A DNA stretch of 63,865 nucleotides, counting the filler, from Octopus bimaculoides (lineage: Eukaryota): assembly GCF_001194135.2 (NCBI RefSeq). It is 7 parts of 7 records of this genome, joined end to end, with 100 filler letters (N's around TTAATTAATTAA, not from the genome) between each part and the next. Parts side by side here need not be neighbours in the genome. Positions count along the whole stretch, not along the records: positions 1 to 16,342 come from NW_026373937.1; positions 16,443 to 37,271 come from NC_069006.1; 5 more parts are not named here. One strand, given 5' to 3'. A model generated the notes under the pieces. That model worked only from the letters and a program-made list of their open reading frames with translations. It searched no databases and was not told the origin of the DNA. Made by a program: the position numbers and the translations under genes. Position 1 is the first letter of the stretch. Each line of letters opens with the position of its first letter. Positions 13,891 through 25,927 of the stretch are shown here, piece after piece.

Positions 13891-15332
13891 CGCACACACA
13901 CACACACACATACACACACACACACACACACAAACACACGCTAATACAATGACACATCTACATATATATATATACTCTGTACAAAAGTTGTTGCTTAGCA
14001 AATAAATGAGAGAGAGAGAACTCAATACAGATCATACAGTATATGATTTAACTGTAGGAAATTCCATTCTTGGGACTCGAGTTTCACGTGTACGGGCGTA
14101 AGTGCACCCATGCGTGCACACATGTGCATATTTGTACTTATATGATAGCATGTATATATATATAGGTATATATATATATATATTTGTGTGTATATATACA
14201 TATATATACATGTATATACACACACACGCATATATACATATATATACACACACACACACACATATATATATGCATATATATACACACACACACACATATA
14301 TATATATACATATATATACACACACACACACATATANNNNNNNNNNNNNNNNNNNNNNNNNNNNNNNNNNNNNNNNNNNNNNNNNNNNNNNNNNNNNNNN
14401 NNNNNNNNNNNNNNNNNNNNNNNNNNNNNNNNNNNNNNNNNNNNNNNNNNNNNNNNNNNNNNNNNNNNNNNNNNNNNNNNNNNNNNNNNNNNNNNNNNNN
14501 NNNNNNNNNNNNNNNNNNNNNNNNNNNNNNNNNNNNNNNNNNNNNNNNNNNNNNNNNNNNNNNNNNNNNNNNNNNNNNNNNNNNNNNNNNNNNNNNNNNN
14601 NNNNNNNNNNNNNNNNNNNNNNNNNNNNNNNNNNNNNNNNNNNNNNNNNNNNNNNNNNNNNNNNNNNNNNNNNNNNNNNNNNNNNNNNNNNNNNNNNNNN
14701 NNNNNNNNNNNNNNNNNNNNNNNNNNNNNNNNNNNNNNNNNNNNNNNNNNNNNNNNNNNNNNNNNNNNNNNNNNNNNNNNNNNNNNNNNNNNNNNNNNNN
14801 NNNNNNNNNNNNNNNNNNNNNNNNNNNNNNNNNNNNNNNNNNNNNNNNNNNNNNNNNNNNNNNNNNNNNNNNNNNNNNNNNNNNNNNNNNNNNNNNNNNN
14901 NNNNNNNNNNNNNNNNNNNNNNNNNNNNNNNNNNNNNNNNNNNNNNNNNNNNNNNNNNNNNNNNNNNNNNNNNNNNNNNNNNNNNNNNNNNNNNNNNNNN
15001 NNNNNNNNNNNNNNNNNNNNNNNNNNNNNNNNNNNNNNNNNNNNNNNNNNNNNNNNNNNNNNNNNNNNNNNNNNNNNNNNNNNNNNNNNNNNNNNNNNNN
15101 NNNNNNNNNNNNNNNNNNNNNNNNNTATTAGTACCAAGATGATATTGTTACCGACGTTTCGTATTTCCTACTCTCATTTTCAATGATTTATTAACCGCAT
15201 TACTTGGCAAAAAAAATACTTTTAATTTAGCAGTCAGCGGTGAGAATATATTCCCATATTTTTTTCCCCACCTTTCTCTCCATCGCACACCATCTTTTTC
15301 GCTCCTTAGCAATACATGCAGCAGATGTATAC

Positions 15333-15374
<42 letters not shown>

Positions 15375-15938
15375 TTACAGATGTGTGTGTGTGCGTGTGC
15401 AGGTAGAGTGTGTGTCATCATATGCTAATATGAATGATGTCGGTTTTGTAAGATTTCTGCCTCTTTGGGCGTATCTACAACATGTAGAAGTGTAGCGAGT
15501 GTTACTGTTATACACTTGGATTTTGGTGTGAATTGCTTGTTTGTTGATATAAGAGAAATCTAAAGAAGCCAGACACCCCATTACACGTATATACATACTT
15601 ACACTCGCTATATAAATATACATACATGCATATATAATATATATATATACATGCATATATAATATATATATATACATGCATATATAATATAATATATATA
15701 TATATAAATATATCTATAAATATATGTATATATATACACAAATATTATATATATGTATAAATGTGTGTGTATATATATATATATCGGTTGTTGGTTATAT
15801 ATGCATATGTAATACAATCTCGATGCATATATAATTTGTGTAATATACTTAAGGTAGTTATATACACTTGTTCATACTTGCACACACACACACTCAGACG
15901 CACACACACGCACGCACACACACATAGGCACACATACA

Positions 15939-15974
<36 letters not shown>

Positions 15975-15984
15975 NNNNNNNNNN

Positions 15985-16016
<32 letters not shown>

Positions 16017-16137
16017 TAAAATTTGTAATTCATTAAATATGTATTTGTATCTAAATATCTCTCTAAATGTATATAGACATGCATACACACACACACATAG
16101 ACGAGAGAGGATGTGTGTGCATGTGTTTGAGTGTATG

Positions 16138-16173
<36 letters not shown>

Positions 16174-16342
16174 AGAGGCAGCTGATGAAGGATTGATTCC
16201 AAGTGGCTATCTGTTTTTCTATGTGTTCGTTCCGTGGTCTGTAGTTCATTGTTCTAACGTCCTGTACCCATCTGTTTCTCGTTTTTTCTCACTAACTCTT
16301 CATTCTCGCTTACACCGTGCCTCTGTATATAACGTGCCTCTG

Positions 16343-16442
16343 NNNNNNNNNNNNNNNNNNNNNNNNNNNNNNNNNNNNNNNNNNNNTTAATTAATTAANN
16401 NNNNNNNNNNNNNNNNNNNNNNNNNNNNNNNNNNNNNNNNNN
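16343..16442. other. Artificial 100-nt spacer N44-TTAATTAATTAA-N44
   Basis: Identical structure at 37272-37371, 47884-47983, 52466-52565, 60416-60515 and 62733-62832; the 12-mer has stops in all six frames. Confidence 0.95.
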
Positions 16443-16471
16443 TATACATATATATATATATATATATATAC

Positions 16472-16635
16472 ACGACGGGCTTCTTTCAGTTTCCGTCTAC
16501 CAAATCCACTCACATATCTTTGCTCGGCCCGAGGCTATAGTAAAAGACACTTACCCGAGTTTCTACACAGTGGGAATGAACCTGGAACCATGTGGTTGGT
16601 AAGCAAGCTACTTACCACACAGCCACTCCTGCGCC
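16472..16635 (-). mobile_element. SINE family A, 5' half
   Basis: Ends in CACACAGCCACTCCTGCGCC, the reverse complement of the head. Confidence 0.85.
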
Positions 16636-17087
16636 TATATATATATATTTATAATATTTATTGTATAAATATTTAACCAGTTTATTGCTCCTAAATTTTA
16701 ACAAAATCTCATATGGTCCCTGGTTGAGAACAACTCGGCTAAAGTATGATAGAGGGACAAGAATGGTTGTCTTGCTGCAGAGGAGATACATGGCTACTCC
16801 ACATTATAAGGGTGGGTGAGTTGTAGTAATTGAGAAGAACGTGACAGTGACGGTGTGCCAGAACAAACTCAAAAGGTAAGCAAGTGTTAGAGAGGGTATG
16901 GTCAGTGGATCAGTGAGGAAGCGAGGGTGGGTAGTTTTATAAAAATGTGAGGGGAGAGGAACAGATGGTTAGAAATGGGGATGGTGGTGGAGGTGAATGT
17001 ATTGTATGATGTGCAAGGGTGGAGGTGAGGTTGGTGGGAAGTATCAGGGTAGAGAGAGGGTGCTGTGGAAGTGAAAGCAAAGGGACT

Positions 17088-17320
17088 GAGGCTGGCAGAA
17101 GCATTAACACGCAGCACAGAATACTGAGTGGTATTTCGTCTGTCTTTATTTTCCGAGTTCAAATTCTGCCATGGTCGATTTTGTCTTTCATTCTTTAGGG
17201 GTCGATAAAATAAATACCAAGTGAACACTTGTGGGTGTGTGTGTGGGGTTTGTCAATTCCATCGATACTCCCCCCCCCAAAAAAAAATGGTGGCACTGTG
17301 CCAAAATTTGGAACTGCCAT
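17088..17320 (+). mobile_element. SINE family B
   Basis: GCTGGCAGAAGCATTAAC...GAGTTCAAATTCTGCC...GGGGTCGATAAA. Confidence 0.8.
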
Positions 17321-17349
17321 GAGAGAAATAACACATTATTTTTGCCGTG

Positions 17350-17545
17350 GTTGATGAGTCTCCTCAAGCACAACAAATCATCAGTCATCTCAATCATTTG
17401 TCATCTCCTTCATGAGACTCAGCATTTTGTGGTCTGCCTTCACCACTCGGCCTCATGTCTTCCTGGGACTCCCTCTTCCACAGGTTGCATCCACTTTAAG
17501 CAATTGGTACTTCTTTGTGCAGCTGTCCTCAGAAAGGAGGATAAC
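17350..17545 (-). mobile_element. RTE-clade LINE 3' end fragment; second copy at 30375-30560
   Basis: Minus translation DSCTKKYQLLKVDATCGRGSPRKT resembles the RTE ORF C-terminal GRGRPRKTW motif. Confidence 0.6.
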
Positions 17546-17891
17546 GTGCAAGGTATGGGAATGACAGAGGGAGAGATGTGGGGGATACATACGGGGTTTG
17601 TATGGCGAATGGAGCATGATGGTGGATATGCGAAGGGGACGAGAATGAGAGCGGATATGTGAGGTGGTAAGACAGAGTTTGGTAGAGGAAAGAGAGCTAT
17701 TTGAAAGCATTGAAAAGAGATGTTCTGTGAGGATAGTACAGGAAAGGAATTGAGGATGAGAATAAGGGATAGAAGTATCCAGGGGGGAGGGGGTAACAAA
17801 TAGTGCAAAAGGAAGTGGGGGGGGGATTAATATGTACTGATTCTGTTCTCAAGTGATCATAACTTATGTTCCTTGTTATCGTTCTCCAGCC

Positions 17892-17958
<67 letters not shown>

Positions 17959-18489
17959 CACTAGACTTGATCCTTAGAACCATCTCCGTTCCTCATTATC
18001 TTCCTCCAGCCATATTCTCTCTCCTCTCTGCTATACTCCATCCATCCATCCTTATCATGTCTTCCAACCCCTATCTCTCCCAATGCCCTCACAGATAACA
18101 TGAACCCCCTCTCCCATGCCGCTCCTATATCTCTCACCTTCAATTGCTATAGATACCTCTATCCTATCTTAATCACATTCTTATTGAATTTTCTCCATTT
18201 TTCCCCTCTGTCCCCTCATCACTTCAATCCTCTGTATCACTTCACCTATATTCACCCCCCCCCCACTATACCTTGAGAGTGTGTCCTAACACATATCCAC
18301 CGCCATCTCTGTTTTTTTCGCTAAGTCTCCATCTCCCTTCTCCTCCAATTAGGATTTCCTTGTATCTCTTCTGCAGCAAGACATATAATCCCTAATCCCT
18401 CTATTATTCTTTTAATCCCTCATCAACTGGCACAAAGCCACTTCCTTCAATACTACCCCCTCCCCCAACCAAGGGGACTTTGTCTTGTC

Positions 18490-18697
18490 TTAGAAGTTAC
18501 TTGATGACCCCACTGGTGCTGGTACCACGAAAAAAAATACAGCCCCCAGTACACTCTGTAAAGTGGTTAGCCCGAGGAAGGGCATCCAGCCATAGAAACC
18601 AAACCAAAACAGACAACAGCCCCCTGGCTTGCCAACTCTTGTCAAACTGCCTGACCCATGCCAGCATGGAGAACAGATGTTAAATGATGATGATGGT
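18490..18697 (+). mobile_element. SINE-like family C with (GAT)n tail
   Basis: AGGAAGGGCATCCAGC core and CCCATGCCAGCATGGA...GTTAAATGATGATG tail. Confidence 0.8.
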
Positions 18698-18726
18698 AAT
18701 ATAATGTATATATAATATATATATAC

Positions 18727-18960
18727 AATTCTTCATTGCCCACAAGGGGCTAAAAGAATAGAAGGGACAAACAAGGACAGACAAAGGGATTAAGTCGATT
18801 ACATCGAGCTCAGTGTGTAACTGGTACTTATTTAATCGACCCCGATTGAAGGAAAGGCAAAGTCGACCTCGGCAGAATTTGAACTCAGAACGTAATGGCA
18901 GACGAAATACCGCTAAGCATTTCACCCGGCGTGCTAACGATTCTGCCAGCTCTCGCCGCC
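18727..18960 (-). mobile_element. SINE family B
   Basis: Matches 2168-2383. Confidence 0.85.
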
Positions 18961-19131
18961 GTTCACACAGCCACTCCTGCGCCTATACACAGCCACATAA
19001 CACCAAACATTATCACTTAACATTAGACCACAGATGTAGCAGGCAACTTACAAAGTTTTCTAAAACCAGTCATGTGACTACCCTCTACCAATCAAATCCT
19101 ATCCAAATCATATACTAATTTGAGCCATATA

Positions 19132-19912
19132 CAGGGTCTGATCAATAAGCAATATTCTAGCTCACTTCCGCTGTTTACAGCAGTGCTTGGAAGGAAGGTG
19201 TGTAGCGTGTGGTCATCACATTGACCATGACTGAGAAAGTTGTCATGGCAATTCCTGCTCAGAGGCCTACGCAAAGTTGCACAAAGTGAATGGAAAGGAG
19301 TGTATGAGTCACAAACATGTGTACGAGTGGTTTGGATGTTTCCAAAACGGCCGAAAAATGTTGATATTGACAAACGTTTTGGGAAACCTGTACCCAGCAG
19401 AACTGAGAAAAACATTGCAGATGTGTGTGCAGCTGTGAGGGAAAAATCATTGAATCACTATCCGTGAGTTATCAGAGTATGTGCAGATTAGTTACAGTTA
19501 TCTTCTGAAGATTTGGGTATGAGATGCGTGTCTGCCGAGTTTTTGCCAAAACTGCTTTCAGCTAACCAAAATAACACTCAGGTTTCAGTTGCACAAGATC
19601 TCCTTGATTGTGTTGAGAACGATGAAAACTTTTTGAAAACTTTGCACAGGCCTCTGAACAGGTATTGCCAAGTTTTTGGCAAAATTTGATGCAGAGTCAC
19701 TGCTCAACTTTCTCTGTCATGGTCAATGCAACAATCACACGCTACACACCTTCCTACCAAGCACTGCTGTAAACAGCGGAAATGAGCTAGAACGTTAAAA
19801 CTGTGTGCATGCACAGCAGAGTTCAGGGTCAATTTTTGCCAAGTGGCTTCACTCTGCGTGCTTTAGCTTCATTACTACAGCAACAGTCTGGATACTTATT
19901 GATCAGGCCGCG
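19132..19912 (+). mobile_element. Non-autonomous mariner derivative with long inverted ends and an N-terminal transposase remnant
   Basis: TA-flanked; terminal CTGATCAATAAG and CTTATTGATCAG. About 19160-19243 is inverted at about 19708-19792. Internal translation EKNIADVCAAVRE...GMRCVSAEFLPKLLS is typical of the mariner HTH/linker region. Confidence 0.85.
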
Positions 19913-20985
19913 TACTCTCTATAGAAATAGGACAAGCTTTAAGCACTAGTCAGAAACAAGACTGTTGCAGCATAACCCACATCTTTCTCTCTCAACTTTT
20001 GAAAATCAGTGTAAACTGTGAAACTGCTTAAATATTTAAATATAATTAAAAAATTTTAACTATTCTCAGTGTATTTTCAACTTCTATTTGTTTCTATATT
20101 TCTACCCCAAAAAATAACCTTGTTTTCTACATATATGTATATATATATGTATGTATATATATATATATATATNNNNNNNNNNNNNNNNNNNNNNNNNNNN
20201 NNNNNNNNNNNNNNNNNNNNNNNNNNNNNNNNNNNNNNNNNNNNNNNNNNNNNNNNNNNNNNNNNNNNNNNNNNNNNNNNNNNNNNNNNNNNNNNNNNNN
20301 NNNNNNNNNNNNNNNNNNNNNNNNNNNNNNNNNNNNNNNNNNNNNNNNNNNNNNNNNNNNNNNNNNNNNNNNNNNNNNNNNNNNNNNNNNNNNNNNNNNN
20401 NNNNNNNNNNNNNNNNNNNNNNNNNNNNNNNNNNNNNNNNNNNNNNNNNNNNNNNNNNNNNNNNNNNNNNNNNNNNNNNNNNNNNNNNNNNNNNNNNNNN
20501 NNNNNNNNNNNNNNNNNNNNNNNNNNNNNNNNNNNNNNNNNNNNNNNNNNNNNNNNNNNNNNNNNNNNNNNNNNNNNNNNNNNNNNNNNNNNNNNNNNNN
20601 NNNNNNNNNNNNNNNNNNNNNNNNNNNNNNNNNNNNNNNNNNNNNNNNNNNNNNNNNNNNNNNNNNNNNNNNNNNNNNNNNNNNNNNNNNNNNNNNNNNN
20701 NNNNNNNNNTATATTTGATCCTTTATATTGAACACTCAATATTTCATCTACATTCAATACTTTATTTCATGGTGCCATCCATTTTTTTTAAATTTTATTT
20801 TATATTATATATTGTATATTATATTATATATTGTATATTCCATATTCTATACCCCTCATTGGTTCTGCAGGAATATAAATAAAACATAAAAAACAGACAG
20901 TGTTGGAACTCTTTTAAACAAAATAATATATTCCTCTATACACAATCATACAAAAAAACAACCCTTTTTTGTATTTATTTTTACT

Positions 20986-21022
<37 letters not shown>

Positions 21023-21344
21023 CATTGGTTGTTATATATATATAGGTACACACACACATATATATATAATAACAACCAATGTTATTTCTTATTTAAGTAT
21101 AAGTTTGAAAAAAGTCACTGAGAGGAGATCCAACTACATGAAAGCTCCAAGTGACTTAACTGCACAAGTCTCTGATATGCAAGTGGCTGAAAAGGGTCAG
21201 CAGAAGTGCACCCAGGAAAGATCCTGCCTTAAAGTGTAATAAGTTAAGGGCTGAAACACTTGCCTGAGGGGGCTTCTTCTCTGAAGACCTTCTGCCCTTC
21301 TGTTCCCTTGAGAATTTCCTACCACCATAAGTGGTTTCATCTTC

Positions 21345-21655
21345 AGGCTTATAATCACGAGTTGTGAGTGTGGTTCCTGGACCGGGTTGTGTGTTGTCTT
21401 CTTGAGCAAGACACTTTATTTCACGGCCCTCCAGTTCACTCAGCCTTAGAAACGAGTTTTGATATCACTGGTGCCAAGTGGTATCAGCCTTTGCCTTTCC
21501 CCTGGATAACTTTAGTGGTGTGTAGAGGGGAGACTGGTATGCATGGGTGACTGCTGGTCTCCCATAAGCAAACTTGCCTGGACTTGTGCTTTGGAGGGGA
21601 ACTTTCTAGGTGTAATCTCATGGTCATTTGTGACTGAAGGGGGTCTTTACCCTTT
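21345..21655 (+). mobile_element. SINE family E copy
   Basis: CTTGAGCAAGACACTT...CCAGTTCACTCAGC motif shared with 10792. Confidence 0.55.
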
Positions 21656-21689
21656 TTTTATATAGTTTTTTTTACATACGTACATACAT

Positions 21690-21737
<48 letters not shown>

Positions 21738-21740
21738 TTA

Positions 21741-22240
21741 CATCATCATCATCATCTTTTAATGTCTGTTGTCAATGCTGGCATGGGTTGGACAATTTGA
21801 ACGGGGGTGGTAAGCTGACGAGCTGCACCATACTCCAATCTCATTTGGCATGGTTTCTACGGCTAGATGCCCTTCCTAATGCCTATGACTCCAAGCATGT
21901 AAGGGGTGCTTTTACGTGCCACCCGCACAACAGCAGTATCCACCATGACTATGATCTCATTTGGCTTGATGGGTCTTCTTCTCAACACAGCATATTGCCA
22001 AAGGCCTCAGTCATTTGTCATTGCCTCCGCGAGGCCCAATGCTTGAAAGGAGCTTTTTACGTTCCACCAGCACAGGTGCCAGTTATGCAACACTGGCATC
22101 AGCCACATTGTCTCCGTGAGGCCCAACCTTTGACAGGTGCTTTTTATGTCGCCGACATGGGTGCCAGGTACGCGACACCAGCATCGACCACATTGCCTCC
22201 GTGAGGCCCAACACTCGACAAGTGCTTTTTACATGCCAGA
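21741..22240 (-). mobile_element. SINE-like family C with internal tandem units
   Basis: (ATC)n tail at the left end; GATGCCCTTCCTAATGCC core; about four internal repeats of CTCCGTGAGGCCCAA...GTGCTTTTTA. Confidence 0.8.
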
Positions 22241-22427
22241 TGCACACACACACACACACATATATCTTCAAATTTATATGTGTATGTTTGTATGTTTATT
22301 CGCTTTCAAATCCAAGCCCAGCATCTATGAATTGTGTGTCTTAATTGCCCTTTTATTATCTTCTGAGCCTTGGATTGCATATTACAGTCACATCAAAAAG
22401 CCTTGGAAAGATTCCATCAAACTTACC

Positions 22428-23270
22428 TAAGGAGGATCCTATATAGCAGATGGCAGTCTCTAACATCTGACAGCTCTGTTTTTATAGCAAGCTAGCATAA
22501 GTAATATTGAGATGCTCCTCATATGCAATTAGTTGTGGTGGGCTGGACATCTTACTAGGATGCAGGTTGATAGGTTACCTAAGCAGTTGTCTTACAACGA
22601 GTTGCAGTGTGGTAAATGACTGAGACAGAAGCCAAGTAAACAGTTTGGGGATCTTGTCAAAAACAATCTCAATCCCTTAGTATTTAAACTGGCCATATCT
22701 GGTTTCAATCTAGCCATATCTGGTTTCAAACTGGCCATATCTGGTTTCAAACTGGCCAGATTCAGCCTGTCGTGTTGTCAATCTAAAAATAAACAATCAC
22801 GTAATCAAAATTTGAAAGCTATAGCCTAATGCATAATTAATTGAAAACAATGCAAATAAGTTAGGTAGATATTTAACCAATCGGTTAATAATAAAGGAAT
22901 GGAATTGAACTGGTATGTGGGTTATTAATATTAGCGTAATAACTCTCCCCAGTCACTATGTGAATAAATATGTATTCCATTGGATAGAATAATCTGAATG
23001 CTAAAAGGCAAAAGTTCATGGTGTAGATGTTGAAGACTAGAAGTGGATGACAGATAATTGATTGGTTTGGTAGGAAGTGATCTATGATGCCTGTAAAGCA
23101 GTTGAAGCATGGAGAATCAAACACACTGTATTGGAACGAGCACTTCATTAGCAGGACTTGACCTCAATCCCAGAAACCTTTTGGCTTTTGTATGTTTGTA
23201 ATATATGTAGCAAGGTCTGTTTGTCCAAAACCAGACTTGCTAGTCATATGAGATCTCCTGACAGCATTTA
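22428..23270 (+). mobile_element. RTE/BovB-like LINE ORF 3' fragment, interrupted by a MITE at 22674-23008
   Basis: Translations WWAGHLTRMQVDRLPKQLSYNEL, then DACKAVEAWRIKHTVLERAL and the C2H2-like YVCNICSKVCLSKTRLASHMRS. Confidence 0.75.
22674..23008. mobile_element. MITE, possibly piggyBac-like, with an internal 21-bp tandem repeat
   Basis: Imperfect TIRs CCCTTAGTATT and AATGCTAAAAGG; AAACTGGCCATATCTGGTTTC repeated about 3.5 times at 22686-22758; splits a collinear LINE frame. Confidence 0.55.
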
Positions 23271-23508
23271 CTGCGGAGAAGTAGCAATCACCAGATGCAT
23301 ACATACGCACGCGCACGCACACACACACATGCATGCACACACAAACACATGCACATATACGAGTGAGTTGCCAAATGAAAGAAAGGGCACTGAACACATT
23401 TATTGGGAGTTGCATATATTGTTCAAAACAGTTTGATTTGGATTACATGCTATTTAATGTTGGGCTTTGAAACTTTAAGTAGCAAAGTTTTGAACACTGC
23501 AATATATA

Positions 23509-23539
<31 letters not shown>

Positions 23540-23625
23540 GGTAATGATACACATACGCACACGTGTGTATGTATGTATGTATGTATGTGTGTGTGTGTAT
23601 CTATATATATAAAAATGAGAATGTG

Positions 23626-23924
23626 TGTCTGTCTGTCTGTCTGTCTGTCTATCTGTGTGAATCCCTAAAACTCGAGAACTACGCAACCAATTTCATTCAA
23701 ATTTTACAGATGCCTTACTTAGGGTTCCAGTTGTGTTTTAGTCAAAAAAATTTTTAACTTCTTGCAGAGTTCGAGCCCACGGCAACATAATATCTCCTCC
23801 ACTATTTATGTATTACGTGTCAAAAGTGAAACAAAAACACTCATGTCAAATACTTTCACTTTAAAAATGAAACTATTCTACTAACTGAAACAATCACATT
23901 TTGATACTGTAATGACAGATACTT
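23626..23924 (+). mobile_element. Possible DINE/HINE-like non-autonomous Helitron/Helentron fragment
   Basis: (GTCT)n tract followed by a core AACTACGCAACCAATTTCATTCAAATTTT, an architecture typical of DINE-like elements; runs into a gap. Confidence 0.4.
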
Positions 23925-24985
23925 NNNNNNNNNNNNNNNNNNNNNNNNNNNNNNNNNNNNNNNNNNNNNNNNNNNNNNNNNNNNNNNNNNNNNNNNNNNN
24001 NNNNNNNNNNNNNNNNNNNNNNNNNNNNNNNNNNNNNNNNNNNNNNNNNNNNNNNNNNNNNNNNNNNNNNNNNNNNNNNNNNNNNNNNNNNNNNNNNNNN
24101 NNNNNNNNNNNNNNNNNNNNNNNNNNNNNNNNNNNNNNNNNNNNNNNNNNNNNNNNNNNNNNNNNNNNNNNNNNNNNNNNNNNNNNNNNNNNNNNNNNNN
24201 NNNNNNNNNNNNNNNNNNNNNNNNNNNNNNNNNNNNNNNNNNNNNNNNNNNNNNNNNNNNNNNNNNNNNNNNNNNNNNNNNNNNNNNNNNNNNNNNNNNN
24301 NNNNNNNNNNNNNNNNNNNNNNNNNNNNNNNNNNNNNNNNNNNNNNNNNNNNNNNNNNNNNNNNNNNNNNNNNNNNNNNNNNNNNNNNNNNNNNNNNNNN
24401 NNNNNNNNNNNNNNNNNNNNNNNNNNNNNNNNNNNNNNNNNNNNNNNNNNNNNNNNNNNNNNNNNNNNNNNNNNNNNNNNNNNNNNNNNNNNNNNNNNNN
24501 NNNNNNNNNNNNNNNNNNNNNNNNNNNNNNNNNNNNNNNNNNNNNNNNNNNNNNNNNNNNNNNNNNNNNNNNNNNNNNNNNNNNNNNNNNNNNNNNNNNN
24601 NNNNNNNNNNNNNNNNNNNNNNNNNNNNNNNNNNNNNNNNNNNNNNNNNNNNNNNNNNNNNNNNNNNNNNNNNNNNNNNNNNNNNNNNNNNNNNNNNNNN
24701 NNNNNNNNNNNNNNNNNNNNNNNNNNNNNNNNNNNNNNNNNNNNNNNNATATATATATATATGGTGGTGGTGGTTGTCTACTCCTTACACAGAGTTTGAC
24801 CATCTCCTGCACCTACACCTTAGCCCTTTCATGGCGTCTGATGTGGCTTTTTAAACCAGACAATGTTTTGAAAAAACACCCACACAGATTACATATATAT
24901 ATATATATGCATACATACATATACAGGCCAACCCATGCCAGCATGGAAAATGGATGTTAAATGATGATGATGACATATATATTTA

Positions 24986-25375
24986 TGTAGGAGTGGCTGT
25001 GTGGTAAGTGTAGTTTGCTTACCAGTCACATGGTTCTGGGTTCAGTCCCACTGTGTAGCACCTTGGGCAAGTGTTTTCTACTATAGCCTTGGGCGGACCA
25101 AAGCCTTGTGAGTGGATTTGGTAGATGGAAACTGAAAGAAGCCTGTTGTATGTGTATATATATGTATATGTTTGTATTTGTCCCCCCCACCACCACCACC
25201 ATCGCTTGACAACTGATGTTGGTGTGTTTATGTCCCCATAACATAGAGGTTCGGCAAAAAAGACTGATAGAATAAGTACAAGGCTTACAAAGACTAGGTG
25301 CTGGGGGTCAATTTGTTCCACTAAAGGCAGTGCTCCAGCATGGCCACAGTCAAAAGACTGAAACAAATAAAAGAA
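24986..25375 (+). mobile_element. SINE family A, near full length
   Basis: A-box-like TGGCTGTGTGG, B-box-like GGTTCAGTCCC, internal (TA/TG)n, and the GCTCCAGCATGGCC...GACTGAAAC tail. Confidence 0.9.
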
Positions 25376-25927
25376 TATATAAATATGTATGTATGTATAT
25401 ACACATATATATATATATGTATGTATATACAGGCATACCTCAGCTTAAGTTGTTCTTGATTATTCATCAGTTTTCAAAAATAATATAAGAAAAATAAAAA
25501 TCAAGTTAAGTCATTTTACTCGACTTTACGTCTGTTCGCCACAAATATTGGAATCGTAAAATCACTAGAAAACCGTTAAAAGCACATAAAATCATGTTAC
25601 TGTACAATAAATAATAATGAAAGTATATAAAATCATGTTACTGTACAATAAATAAGAATAAACGTCTATAAAATCATATTAAAATATGTACAGTAAGTGT
25701 TAAAGATACACACCATAAAGTAGTGTAGCTTAGTGAACGAAATCATGAGATCAGCCGTGTTGTCCTATTTATCTGTCTTTCGGAGCTCATATTACATTGT
25801 AGTTCCAATATCTACTGTTAGGTGTCGATGTCACTCGTGATTCCCACGATTGTTTTGAATTCAGATTTGTTTACATCTGTTTATCGGCTACTTTCTCAAT
25901 CATTTGTGACTTTATTTTTTTACCTCC

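Noticed and set aside
15151-15185. CGAAACGTCGG with a GTA/TAC hairpin on the minus strand
   Set aside because: No recognisable CUGANGA and no stem I.
16170-16270. CTGATGAAGG in the repeat shared with 9965-10075
   Set aside because: No GAAA-stem III-NUH follows.
16387-16398. TTAATTAATTAA as a regulatory site, homeodomain site or piggyBac TSD
   Set aside because: Always centred in exactly 44+44 N; synthetic.
23158-23270. Host C2H2 zinc-finger gene
   Set aside because: A single finger at the end of an RTE/BovB-like ORF remnant.
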